DNA of 64,000 bases, taken from positions 188,068-252,067 of the forward strand of contig CAZPXQ010000002.1 of assembly GCA_964590595.1 (NCBI GenBank). The letters run 5' to 3'. Positions 26,515 to 35,822 of the stretch are shown here, piece after piece. The translations under genes and the position numbers were made by a program. The notes beneath the pieces are model-generated. The model had not been told where the DNA came from. It was given only the letters and a program-made list of their open reading frames with translations, and searched no databases. Positions within the stretch are counted from its first letter, which is position 1, and each line of letters opens with the position of its first letter. The DNA comes from an uncultured Sphingomonadales bacterium (GTDB lineage Bacteria; Pseudomonadota; Alphaproteobacteria; Sphingomonadales; CAKZYD01).

Positions 26515-28184
26515 AGTGGCGTCGGCTGGCTCTAGCATGCCTGGCGCTGCATTGCGGCTTGACCGTGCCAACCCAGGCTGCCAGTCCCGCGCCGGGGGAT
26601 TATGGGCCATTATTGGCTCGCACCCCAGCGTCTGGACTGCTGCAGTCCTGGAGGCAATTTCGCGCCTATCCGTTTTTCGCCCGCGCTTATGATCTGGCCC
26701 GCGCCGGCGACAATGTTGGTGCGATCCATTGGCTGGAACAAGGCTTGGCGCGCGACGACAGCGCAGATCAAGCGCGGTTCAATCTGATCCTGCTGGCGTT
26801 AGGGGCAAACCAGCCGGCGCGCGCGCTGGCCCATGCCGACCAACTGCTTGCCCGCAAGCCAGAACTGGCCGCCGGTTATTTGCTGCGCGGTCTGGCGCTG
26901 CTGGCGCTGGATCTACGCCGGCAAGCACAACATGACCTGCAAGCAGCGGTGGACCGTCCGGGCCTCAGCCCAACTCATCAACGCCTGGCCCAGGCCAATT
27001 TGGCGATGTTGCGGCCGTCACCGGCCTTGGCGCCATCGCCGCCGCCACCGCCGCGCCTGGCGGCGGAGACCTGGCTGCGGACGGCAGCCCTGCCGGTTGC
27101 CACCGCCGCGCGCCAACTGCCACTGGCATGGCCCTTGCCCGACGCCCGCTTGCGGCCAAGCCCGGTGGCCTTGGCCAGCCATGCATTGGCAACCCGGCCG
27201 GCGCCAGCCGCCCTCGTCCATGCCCTCAACAGCCGCGCCTATCAGGCATTGGCGGCGGGCGACCTGGCCAAGGCGGCGGCGTTGTTTGAAACCAGCCTGG
27301 CGCAACAGCCTGGCCAAGCGATGATCCAACAGCAATTGGGCTATCTCTACCGCGCCCAGCGCCGCCCCACCGCCGCTGCCGATGCGTTCAAACAAGCCTT
27401 GCTGCTGGGCGGCCTGGAGCCGGGCGCGCAAGCCGCCCTGCGCCGCGAGCTTGCCAGCCTCAGTTCGGACCGGCTCGCCCTCTCCGGTTATTGGGTGCAT
27501 CGCGGCCAGGCCTTATCCAGCCCCCAACTGAATGTGTTGGGCGCCAGCCTGGCGCAAAGCCAGGGCGGCATCGCCGCGGCCTGGCGGCTCAATCGCGATG
27601 ATCATGGCGCCACCGTGTTCGGCCGGCTGCTCTGGGCCAGCGATCCCGGCGGCCTGGACATTGACGACGACACCGCCCAAGCCGGCATCGGCTTGAGGCT
27701 GCGGCCATTGCCGCAGCTCAATCTGGTCGCCAGCATTGAAAGACTGGTCGCGCTTGGCGATCAAGCCCGCAACGATTGGATGCTGCGGCTCAGCTATTCC
27801 GACGGCCAAGGCTATGCGCCGGCATTGGCCGCGCCAAGCTGGTGGCATTGGCATGTCTTTGGCGATCTGGCGCTGGTCGACCCGGCAAGGCCCGACCTGC
27901 TGGCGGCATTTGAAGGCCGGCTGGGCCGCGGCTTTCAAGCGTCCGGCCTTGATGGCCTGATGCTGACGCCTTTCATCGGCGCCAATGCCAGCCTGGTCGA
28001 AGGCTTCGGCGTCACCAGCCTGGTCGAGGCCGGCCCCGGCCTGTGGCTGCGACACTGGTTCAACGAAGGCCGCTTTGCCGCCGCCCGCTCGGCCCTGGAC
28101 TTGAAACTAGAATACCGCTTCCAGCTGGCCGGCGACAGCAGCGCAGGCTCCGGCCTGATGGTCACCTTGTCGGTCGATTATTAG
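26511..28184 (+). CDS. nfrA: NfrA-like outer-membrane protein (TPR N-terminal region plus C-terminal beta-barrel)
   Basis: ATGA overlap with nfrB. Signal peptide ...TVPTQAAS, TPR-like helices, an alternating-pattern C-terminal half, and an OMP-like terminus ...LMVTLSVDY. Confidence 0.7.
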   Translation: MKWRRLALACLALHCGLTVPTQAASPAPGDYGPLLARTPASGLLQSWRQFRAYPFFARAYDLARAGDNVGAIHWLEQGLARDDSADQARFNLILLALGANQPARALAHADQLLARKPELAAGYLLRGLALLALDLRRQAQHDLQAAVDRPGLSPTHQRLAQANLAMLRPSPALAPSPPPPPRLAAETWLRTAALPVATAARQLPLAWPLPDARLRPSPVALASHALATRPAPAALVHALNSRAYQALAAGDLAKAAALFETSLAQQPGQAMIQQQLGYLYRAQRRPTAAADAFKQALLLGGLEPGAQAALRRELASLSSDRLALSGYWVHRGQALSSPQLNVLGASLAQSQGGIAAAWRLNRDDHGATVFGRLLWASDPGGLDIDDDTAQAGIGLRLRPLPQLNLVASIERLVALGDQARNDWMLRLSYSDGQGYAPALAAPSWWHWHVFGDLALVDPARPDLLAAFEGRLGRGFQASGLDGLMLTPFIGANASLVEGFGVTSLVEAGPGLWLRHWFNEGRFAAARSALDLKLEYRFQLAGDSSAGSGLMVTLSVDY

Positions 28185-28190
28185 AGTGTC

Positions 28191-30830
28191 TCAGGACTGC
28201 AGGCTTTTTGAGCCAATTTCATACACGTCATCGGACACGCCTTCGCGGGCGATGATGCGTTCAAGCTGCTCGCGCATCAAGGCCGCGCGGCGTTCATCGA
28301 AACGCCGCCACCGCGCCAGCGGCGCCAACAGCCGCGCGGCGGCTTGCGGGTTGAACGCGTCGACTGCCATCGCCTCCTCGGCCAACAGCCGATAGCCCCC
28401 ACCGCCAGCATCGTGAAAACGCACCTGATTGGCCGCCGCAAAGGCGCCAATCAACGCCCGCAATCGATTGGGATTGCGGCGGTTGAAGTCGGGATGACGG
28501 GTCAAATTCATAACCACCGTCAAGGTCTCCGGCCGCAATGACAGGGCTTGAACGCTAAACCATTTGTCGATCACCAGCGCCTCGGCCTTCCATTTTTCGT
28601 AAAACGCCGCCAGCGCCGGTTGCCGCTGTGGCGCTTGGCTGTGCGACAATGCGGTCAGCGCCGCCAGTTCGTCCGTCATATTGGCGGCGGCTTCAAATTG
28701 CGCAAAAGCGGTCGCGGCCCCAGCGCTTTCATCGGCGGCTAACAGGTAACCCAGAGCGACATTTTTCAACCGCCGCGCCGCCCGCGATGATCGGTCGATG
28801 CCGTCCGCGCCAACACCTTCCTGGTATAACGCCCGCCATTGCGGCAACAGCGCCTGGGCCAATTGCTGGCGCCAATGCTCGCGCAGCCGATGAATGCCAT
28901 CGACATCGATAATCGTCATCTGCTCGGCAATATAGGATTCGGTCGGCAACAACAGGGCTTCCGCCTTCAACGCCGGGTCCAGCCGGTCATCGCTAATGGT
29001 CGCAGTCATGGCATCGACGATTAAGGGATTGAGTGCCGGCGCCGCCGCGTCGCCCTTGATCGCGTCCAGCATCAAGGTCGTCGCCAAATGTTGAAACGCA
29101 TCCCAGCGGTTGAACGGATCATCGTCATGACGCGCTAAAAAGGCTTGATCTTCCAAGCTCAAATCGGTGCTCAGCTTGACCGGTGCGGAAAAACCCCGCA
29201 GCAGCGACGGCACTGGCCGCTGGCCAACATCCTCGAACACGAAGCGTTGCTTGGCGCCGTCCAACAGCAGGATATGCTCAGCTTGCGGCCGGTCATTGGC
29301 ATTCACCCGCACCGACATCGCCGCACCATCCCGCCCCAACAAGGCGGCGCGGATCGGCATTGGCATCGGCTTCTTGTCGCGCTGGCCCGGGGTATCGGCC
29401 AGGCTTTGGCTGATATCCAGGGTCAAGCGCTTGGCCTCGGCATCATAATGCGACCGCACCTCGACATGCGGCGTGCCGGCCTGGACATACCACAGCTTGA
29501 ACTGGCCAAGGTCGCCGCCATTGGCGTCGGCCATGGCGGCGACAAAATCATCGCAGGTCACCGCCTGGCCATCGTGGCGCGCAAAATACAGGTCCATGCC
29601 GCGCCGAAAACCGTCCGCGCCCAGCATGGTGTGCAACATGCGGATCACTTCAGCGCCCTTGTTATAAACCGTCGCGGTATAGAAGTTGTTGATCTCGATA
29701 TAGTTGTCGGGCCGCACCGGGTGCGCCATCGGCCCGGCGTCCTCGGCGAACTGATGCGCGCGCAAAACTCTGACATCCTCGATCCGCTTCAAGCCCGCCG
29801 AACCCATGTCGGCGGAAAATTGCTGATCGCGGAAAACCGTTAGCCCCTCTTTCAAACTAAGCTGAAACCAGTCGCGACAGGTGACGCGGTTGCCGGTCCA
29901 ATTGTGAAAATATTCATGGGCGATCACCGATTCCACACCATCATAATCGGCGTCGGTGGCGGTGTCGGGCCGGGCCAGCACATAGCGGGTGTTGAAAACA
30001 TTCAGGCCCTTGTTTTCCATCGCTCCCATGTTGAAATCGGACACCGCGACGATGTTGTAAATATCGAGGTCATATTCCAGCCCGTAGACCTGCTCGTCCC
30101 AGCGCATTGCAGCTTTCAGGCTGTCCATCGCATGGCCGCATTTATCCAAATCCGCCGGCGCGACATGAATGGCCAATTCCACCATCCGTCCAGACGCCGT
30201 GGTGAAGCGGTCACGCAGGCTTTCAAGTTTGCCAGCCACCAATGCGAACAAATAGGCCGGCTTGGGGAACGGGTCGTCCCAACGCGCCCAATGCCGGCCG
30301 TCGGGCAATGCGCCCGCGCCGGCCGGATTGCCATTGGACAAAAGCAGCGGATAGGCCGCTTGGTCGGCTTCGATGCGCACCTCGAAGCGCGCCATCACGT
30401 CGGGCCGGTCAAGGAAATAGGTGATGCGGCGAAAACCCTCGGCCTCGCACTGAGTGCAGAAATTGCCCCTGGAGACATAAAGTCCCGACAATTGGGTATT
30501 GCGCGCCGGCGCGATTTCGGTTTCGACCTCAAGCAAGAATGCGTCCGGCACGTCCTTGATGCGCAGGCCGTCGCCCAACAGGTCATAGGCAGAGGGCGGC
30601 AAGACCTGGCCGTCCAGCGCCACGCTAATCAACGTCAAATCCTCGCCATCCAACACCAGGGCGCGTTGATGGGCGCCATTGCGGCGAATCCGCATGCGGC
30701 TTTTCACCCGGGTTGCTTCGGGGTCCAGCGCGCATGCGAGGGCGACATGATCAATCAGGAAATCCGGCGGACAATAGTCTTTCAGATAGGTGGCTTTGGG
30801 CCGATTATCGGCCTTCAGCGCATCAGCCAT
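28191..30830 (-). CDS. pepN: aminopeptidase N
   Basis: The ATG at 30830 gives MADALKADNRPKATYLKDY.... GAMEN and HEYFHNWTGNRV...E zinc motifs are present. The 105 codons upstream in the ORF overlap prfC and were rejected. Confidence 0.93.
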   Translation of the reverse strand: MADALKADNRPKATYLKDYCPPDFLIDHVALACALDPEATRVKSRMRIRRNGAHQRALVLDGEDLTLISVALDGQVLPPSAYDLLGDGLRIKDVPDAFLLEVETEIAPARNTQLSGLYVSRGNFCTQCEAEGFRRITYFLDRPDVMARFEVRIEADQAAYPLLLSNGNPAGAGALPDGRHWARWDDPFPKPAYLFALVAGKLESLRDRFTTASGRMVELAIHVAPADLDKCGHAMDSLKAAMRWDEQVYGLEYDLDIYNIVAVSDFNMGAMENKGLNVFNTRYVLARPDTATDADYDGVESVIAHEYFHNWTGNRVTCRDWFQLSLKEGLTVFRDQQFSADMGSAGLKRIEDVRVLRAHQFAEDAGPMAHPVRPDNYIEINNFYTATVYNKGAEVIRMLHTMLGADGFRRGMDLYFARHDGQAVTCDDFVAAMADANGGDLGQFKLWYVQAGTPHVEVRSHYDAEAKRLTLDISQSLADTPGQRDKKPMPMPIRAALLGRDGAAMSVRVNANDRPQAEHILLLDGAKQRFVFEDVGQRPVPSLLRGFSAPVKLSTDLSLEDQAFLARHDDDPFNRWDAFQHLATTLMLDAIKGDAAAPALNPLIVDAMTATISDDRLDPALKAEALLLPTESYIAEQMTIIDVDGIHRLREHWRQQLAQALLPQWRALYQEGVGADGIDRSSRAARRLKNVALGYLLAADESAGAATAFAQFEAAANMTDELAALTALSHSQAPQRQPALAAFYEKWKAEALVIDKWFSVQALSLRPETLTVVMNLTRHPDFNRRNPNRLRALIGAFAAANQVRFHDAGGGGYRLLAEEAMAVDAFNPQAAARLLAPLARWRRFDERRAALMREQLERIIAREGVSDDVYEIGSKSLQS

Positions 30831-30858
30831 GATGTGCTCCTTGGCGTTTACCGCCCCA

Positions 30859-32451
30859 TCAATACACGATTTCCTTGGTCTTGAGAAAGCGGATCTGCGG
30901 CCAGTCCTCCTGGCCCTTGTCGAGATGCCAGGCATTACGCGCCAGATAAACCGGGCTGCCGCCATGATCCTCGGCCATCGCGGTGCGGTTGGCGTCGGCG
31001 AATGCCTTGATGGCGCGCGTGTCCTCGGCTTCCAGCCAGCGCGCGGTGTGCAACTGGGTTGGCTCGAACCGCACCGGAATATTGTATTCCGAGCGAATCC
31101 GGTCGGCCAGCACATCAAATTGCAACGGGCCGACAACGCCAACAATCCAGTCCGAACCGATGATCGGCTTGAACGCGCGAGCGGCGCCCTCTTCGGCCAA
31201 TTGGGTCAGCGCCCGGCCCAAATGCTTGGCCTTCATCGGATCGTCGGCGCGCACCCGTTGCAGCAATTCCGGGGCAAAGCTGGGAATGCCGGTGAAATGC
31301 AAATCCTCGCCCTCGGTCAACGAGTCGCCGATCTTGAGCTGGCCATGATTGGGCACGCCGATAATGTCGCCGGGAAACGCCTCTTCCGCCGTTTCGCGGT
31401 CGCGGGCCAGGAAGATTTGTGGCGTATGCATGGTCATCATCTTGCCGCTGGCAATATGCTTCAATTTCATGCCGCGCTTGAAATGGCCGGAAATCAGCCG
31501 CACGAAGGCAATGCGGTCGCGGTGCTTGGGATCCATATTGGCTTGGATCTTGAACACGAAGCCGGTGACCTGCGGCTCATTGGCGGCGACCATGCGCTCA
31601 ACCGCCGCCCGGCCGCGCGGCGCGGGTGCGAAACGCCCCAGGCCCTCCAGCAATTCGCGGACGCCGAAATTATTGACCGCCGAACCGAAATAGACCGGTG
31701 TCATGGTGCCGGACAGAAACGCGTCAACATCAAAGGCCGGGCACAGGCCCTGCGCCATTTCAACGTCCTCGCGCAGCTTGGCCAATGCCGCCGCTGGCAA
31801 ATGGTCGGCCAGGCGCGGATCGTCCAAACCACGCATTTCAATTGCCGGCAAAAGCCGCTCGCCCTTGCCGCGATCGAACAAGATCAAGCGGTCGCCCAAC
31901 AAGTCATAACAGCCGAGGAAATCCCGGCCCATGCCGATCGGCCAGGACGCTGGCGTCACATCCAGGGCCAGCCGCTGCTCGATTTCATCCATCAAGGTGA
32001 AGGGGTCTTGACCCTCGCGGTCGAGCTTGTTGATGAACGAAATGATCGGCACATCGCGCAGGCGGCAAACCTCGAACAATTTCAAGGTTTGGGTCTCGAT
32101 ACCCTTGGCCGCGTCCAGCACCATCACCGCGCTGTCCACCGCTGACAGCACGCGGTAGGTGTCTTCGGAAAAATCTTGGTGGCCTGGGGTGTCAAGCAGG
32201 TTGAAGGCGCGGCCCTCATAGCCGAACGACATCACCGACGAGGCCACCGAAATGCCCCGCTCCTGCTCCACCTTCATCCAGTCCGACCGCGCCCGCCGCG
32301 CCTCGCCCTTGGCCTTGACCGCGCCCGCCATTTCAATGGCGCCACCGAACAGCAACAGCTTTTCGGTCAAGGTGGTCTTGCCCGCGTCGGGGTGGGAGAT
32401 GATGGCGAAAGTCCGTCGCCGGGCGATTTCTTGTTGCAACTGGCTCATCAA
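30859..32451 (-). CDS. prfC: peptide chain release factor 3
   Basis: 530 aa. RRTFAIISHPDAGKTTLTEKLL, DTPGHQDF and overall GTPase layout. Confidence 0.95.
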   Translation of the reverse strand: MMSQLQQEIARRRTFAIISHPDAGKTTLTEKLLLFGGAIEMAGAVKAKGEARRARSDWMKVEQERGISVASSVMSFGYEGRAFNLLDTPGHQDFSEDTYRVLSAVDSAVMVLDAAKGIETQTLKLFEVCRLRDVPIISFINKLDREGQDPFTLMDEIEQRLALDVTPASWPIGMGRDFLGCYDLLGDRLILFDRGKGERLLPAIEMRGLDDPRLADHLPAAALAKLREDVEMAQGLCPAFDVDAFLSGTMTPVYFGSAVNNFGVRELLEGLGRFAPAPRGRAAVERMVAANEPQVTGFVFKIQANMDPKHRDRIAFVRLISGHFKRGMKLKHIASGKMMTMHTPQIFLARDRETAEEAFPGDIIGVPNHGQLKIGDSLTEGEDLHFTGIPSFAPELLQRVRADDPMKAKHLGRALTQLAEEGAARAFKPIIGSDWIVGVVGPLQFDVLADRIRSEYNIPVRFEPTQLHTARWLEAEDTRAIKAFADANRTAMAEDHGGSPVYLARNAWHLDKGQEDWPQIRFLKTKEIVY

Positions 32452-32534
32452 CGGATTTTCGTTTCTCTCTTTGGTTCAATGGCGTCAGCGCCTATCCTGT
32501 CGCGGAACCGAAATCAAGGACCGACACGCAATCA

Positions 32535-33419
32535 ATGACCAACAGCCTGTTTATTTTCGGCCTGGGCTATACCGCCACTCGCTTTGCCCTGGCCATGCAA
32601 GCCCAAGGATGGAACGTCGCCGGCACCGTCCGCAGCGCCGATAAGGCGGCGGCATTGCAAGCCCAGGGCATCACCGCGCATGTGTTCGACGGCGACCAGC
32701 CGATGCGCCAGCCAATGGCCAAATTACGCCATGTCAGCCATGTCCTATCCTCGATCCCGCCGCAAATGGCCGAAACCGACGACGCCGCCGACCCGGTTTT
32801 GCGCCACCATGGACGCGATTTGATAAAAATGCGGAAATTGGAATGGGTTGGATATCTTTCTTCAACCGGGGTCTATGGCGACACCCAAGGCCAGTGGGTG
32901 AGCGAATCCTCACCCATCGGGCTTGGCCGCCGCACCGCGCGGGCGGAAGCGGATTTGTCCTGGCAGGTGTTTAGCCTGGCTGGCTTGCCGGTGCATATTT
33001 TCCGTCTGCCGGGCATTTATGGGCCTGGCCGCAATGCCTTGACCCGGGCACGGGCGGGCATGCTCAATCGCATCGACCTGCCGGGGCATGTCTTCAGCCG
33101 TATTCATGTCGACGACATCATCGCGACATTGCAAGCCTCGATCGCGCAGCCCGAGCCCGGCGCGATTTACAATGTCGCTGATGACGAACCGGCTTCCAGC
33201 GCCGATTTGGGTGCTTATGCCTGCCAACTTCTGGGGATCGAGACGCCGCCCTTGCAAAGCCTGGATGAAGCCGGCCTGTCGCCGCGCGCCCGCGCCTTTT
33301 ACAGCGAATGCCGGCGGGTGGCCAACGACCGGATCAAAGAAGACCTTGGCGTGCGCTTGCGCTATCCAACCTATCGCGAAGGTCTTCAGGCCTGTCTTGA
33401 GGCTGAAAACGAAGATTGA
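32535..33419 (+). CDS. NAD(P)-binding SDR/epimerase family protein
   Basis: 294 aa. N-terminal Rossmann motif FIFGLGYTA, with atypical-SDR-like length and layout. Confidence 0.7.
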   Translation: MTNSLFIFGLGYTATRFALAMQAQGWNVAGTVRSADKAAALQAQGITAHVFDGDQPMRQPMAKLRHVSHVLSSIPPQMAETDDAADPVLRHHGRDLIKMRKLEWVGYLSSTGVYGDTQGQWVSESSPIGLGRRTARAEADLSWQVFSLAGLPVHIFRLPGIYGPGRNALTRARAGMLNRIDLPGHVFSRIHVDDIIATLQASIAQPEPGAIYNVADDEPASSADLGAYACQLLGIETPPLQSLDEAGLSPRARAFYSECRRVANDRIKEDLGVRLRYPTYREGLQACLEAENED

Positions 33420-33472
33420 AAGCCGCGACGCCGGGCCTATGATGCGGACCGGCCAGCAAAGGAGCCAAAGGC

Positions 33473-35818
33473 ATGAAATTCGGCAAAGCCCAATCCGTCA
33501 AGCGCGTGGAAGATCAACGCTTCGTCACTGGCAGCGGCCGTTATGTCGACGACATCAAATTGCCAAGCATGGCCTATATGAGCTTCGTCCGCACACCTTA
33601 TGGCCATGCTAAGGTCAAGGCCATTGACGCCAGCGCAGCGATAGCGATGGACGGGGTCTTGATGGTACTGACCCAACAAGACCTCGACGATCTGGGCTAT
33701 GGCGAATTGCCTTGCGCCGCCACCATCAAGAACCGCGATGGCTCAGACATGCCCCTCACCGGCTATCCACCGCTGGCGCGCGATCAGGTCCGCTTTGTCG
33801 GCCAACCGGTGGCAGCGGTGGTGGCGGACAGCCGCGAGGCCGCGCGCGACGGCGCCGAAGCCGTGGATGTGGATTATGAGGACCTGCCAGCCCTCGCCAA
33901 TATCGAGGAAGCCATTGCCCCCGGCGCACCAGCGATTTATGCGCATATTCCCGGCAATAAGGTGTTCGATTGGGCGATCGGCGATGAACAGGCGACCAAG
34001 GACGCCTTCGCCCAGGCCGCTCATGTCGTGCGGCTGCGCGTGATCAACAATCGGCTGGCGCCCAGCGCCATGGAAAACCGCGCCGCGATTGGGGATTATG
34101 ACCGCGAGAGCGGCCGTTACACGCTTTACGCACAAACCCAGAATGTGGCCGGCACCCGCGACATTTTTGGCGGGCTGATCTTGAAAACCGGGCCCGACAA
34201 AGTGCGGGTGATCACACCGGATGTCGGTGGCGGTTTCGGCACCAAGACCTTTCCCTATCCCGAATATGTCTGTGTTTTGGCGGCGGCGAAAAAATTGGAA
34301 CGCCCGGTGAAATGGACCGGCGATCGCGCGGAGTCTTTCTTGGGCGACGCCCATGGCCGCGACATGATCAGCGACGCTGCCCTGGCGCTGGACCCAGAGG
34401 GCCGTTTTCTCGGCCTGGAGGTGGAAAGCTGGGCCAATATGGGCGCGCATTTGTCACTGGCCGGACCGTTCATTCAAACTGCGGCGGGCGGCGGCATGGT
34501 CGGCGGCCCCTACAAAATTCCCGCCATTTACAACCGGGTTCATGGCGTCATCACCAACTCCGCGCCGGTCGATGCCTATCGCGGCGCCGGCCGCCCGGAA
34601 GCCACCTATTTGACCGAAAGGCTGGTCGACGCCGCCGCCCGCCTGCTGGGCCTGGACCAAATCGAGATCCGGCGCCGCAATCTGGTGCCCGCCGATGCCA
34701 TGCCCTACACCACAGCCACCGGGCTGAACTATGATGTCGGCGAATTCGAGGGGCCGCTCAATCAAGCCGTCAAATTCGCCGATTGGGCGGGCTTTGCACA
34801 GCGCAAGGCAAAATCGCAGTCGCGTGGAAAATTGCGCGGCATCGGGCTGAGCTATTATATCGAAATCACCTCTTTTGCCGGCCGCGACGAATGGAGCGAA
34901 CTGAGCTTTGCCGAGGATGGCAAATTGGAAGCCGTGGTCGGCACATTGGCCACCGGCCAGGGCCATGAAACCGCCTTCGCGCAAATCTTGTGCGATGAAC
35001 TGGGGGTACCGTTCGAGGATATCCGCATCGTTCAGGGCGATTCCGATCGGGTACACAAGGGTGGCGGCACTGGCGGCTCGCGGTCATTGCATTTGGGTGG
35101 CGCTGCTGTCAGCGCCGGTGGCCAAGCACTGGTGGAAGCCGCCAAGCCGCTGGCGGCGCATATGCTGGAAGCCGATGCCGCCGATTTGGATTATCGCGAC
35201 GGCGCCTTTCATGCCCAAGGTAGTAATCGCAGTATCGGCTTGATGGAATTGGGCGCACTGGCCGCCGACCCAGCGCGGCTGCCACGCGACCTGCGCGAAA
35301 CCTATGCCAGCGGTCTGTCCGCCAAGGGCCATTATCAAGGCACGCACCCCACTTTCCCTAATGGCTGTCATATCGCGGAAGTGGAGATCGACCCCGACAC
35401 CGGGGAAATCGCCTTGCAGCGCTATAGCGTGGTCGATGATTTCGGCCGCCTGATCAACCCCATGCTTGTGGAAGGCCAAGTCCATGGTGGGGTCGTTCAA
35501 GGCATCGGCCAGGCCTTGATGGAAGAGGCTGTTTACGAGCCCGGCAGCGGCCAATTGCTGACCGGATCGTTCATGGATTATGGCCTGCCGCGCGCCGATG
35601 ACCTGTGCGACATCGATTTCGCCAATTACCCCACGGTCAACCCCCATAACCCGTTGGGCGTGAAAGGCTGCGGCGAGGCCGGAACCATCGGTGCCAAGCC
35701 CGCTTTCGTCCATGCCGTGCTCGATGCTCTGGCCGAGGCCGGCATCACCGACATCGACATGCCGACAACGCCGCAAAAAATCTGGCGCCTGCTGCAAAAG
35801 GCCCGCGACGCCGCTTAG
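33473..35818 (+). CDS. molybdopterin-binding large subunit of the xanthine dehydrogenase/CO dehydrogenase family (form II CoxL-like)
   Basis: 781 aa. Begins KRVEDQRFVTGSGRYVDD, has the AYRGAGRPE active-site loop, and a C-terminal GVKGCGEAG. Confidence 0.88.
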   Translation: MKFGKAQSVKRVEDQRFVTGSGRYVDDIKLPSMAYMSFVRTPYGHAKVKAIDASAAIAMDGVLMVLTQQDLDDLGYGELPCAATIKNRDGSDMPLTGYPPLARDQVRFVGQPVAAVVADSREAARDGAEAVDVDYEDLPALANIEEAIAPGAPAIYAHIPGNKVFDWAIGDEQATKDAFAQAAHVVRLRVINNRLAPSAMENRAAIGDYDRESGRYTLYAQTQNVAGTRDIFGGLILKTGPDKVRVITPDVGGGFGTKTFPYPEYVCVLAAAKKLERPVKWTGDRAESFLGDAHGRDMISDAALALDPEGRFLGLEVESWANMGAHLSLAGPFIQTAAGGGMVGGPYKIPAIYNRVHGVITNSAPVDAYRGAGRPEATYLTERLVDAAARLLGLDQIEIRRRNLVPADAMPYTTATGLNYDVGEFEGPLNQAVKFADWAGFAQRKAKSQSRGKLRGIGLSYYIEITSFAGRDEWSELSFAEDGKLEAVVGTLATGQGHETAFAQILCDELGVPFEDIRIVQGDSDRVHKGGGTGGSRSLHLGGAAVSAGGQALVEAAKPLAAHMLEADAADLDYRDGAFHAQGSNRSIGLMELGALAADPARLPRDLRETYASGLSAKGHYQGTHPTFPNGCHIAEVEIDPDTGEIALQRYSVVDDFGRLINPMLVEGQVHGGVVQGIGQALMEEAVYEPGSGQLLTGSFMDYGLPRADDLCDIDFANYPTVNPHNPLGVKGCGEAGTIGAKPAFVHAVLDALAEAGITDIDMPTTPQKIWRLLQKARDAA

Positions 35819-35822
35819 ACTG

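Noticed and set aside
30831-31145. 105-codon N-terminal extension of the pepN ORF.
   Set aside because: The extension overlaps the 3' end of prfC and has non-protein-like composition. The internal ATG at 30830 gives an N-terminus and length (880 aa) typical of aminopeptidase N.
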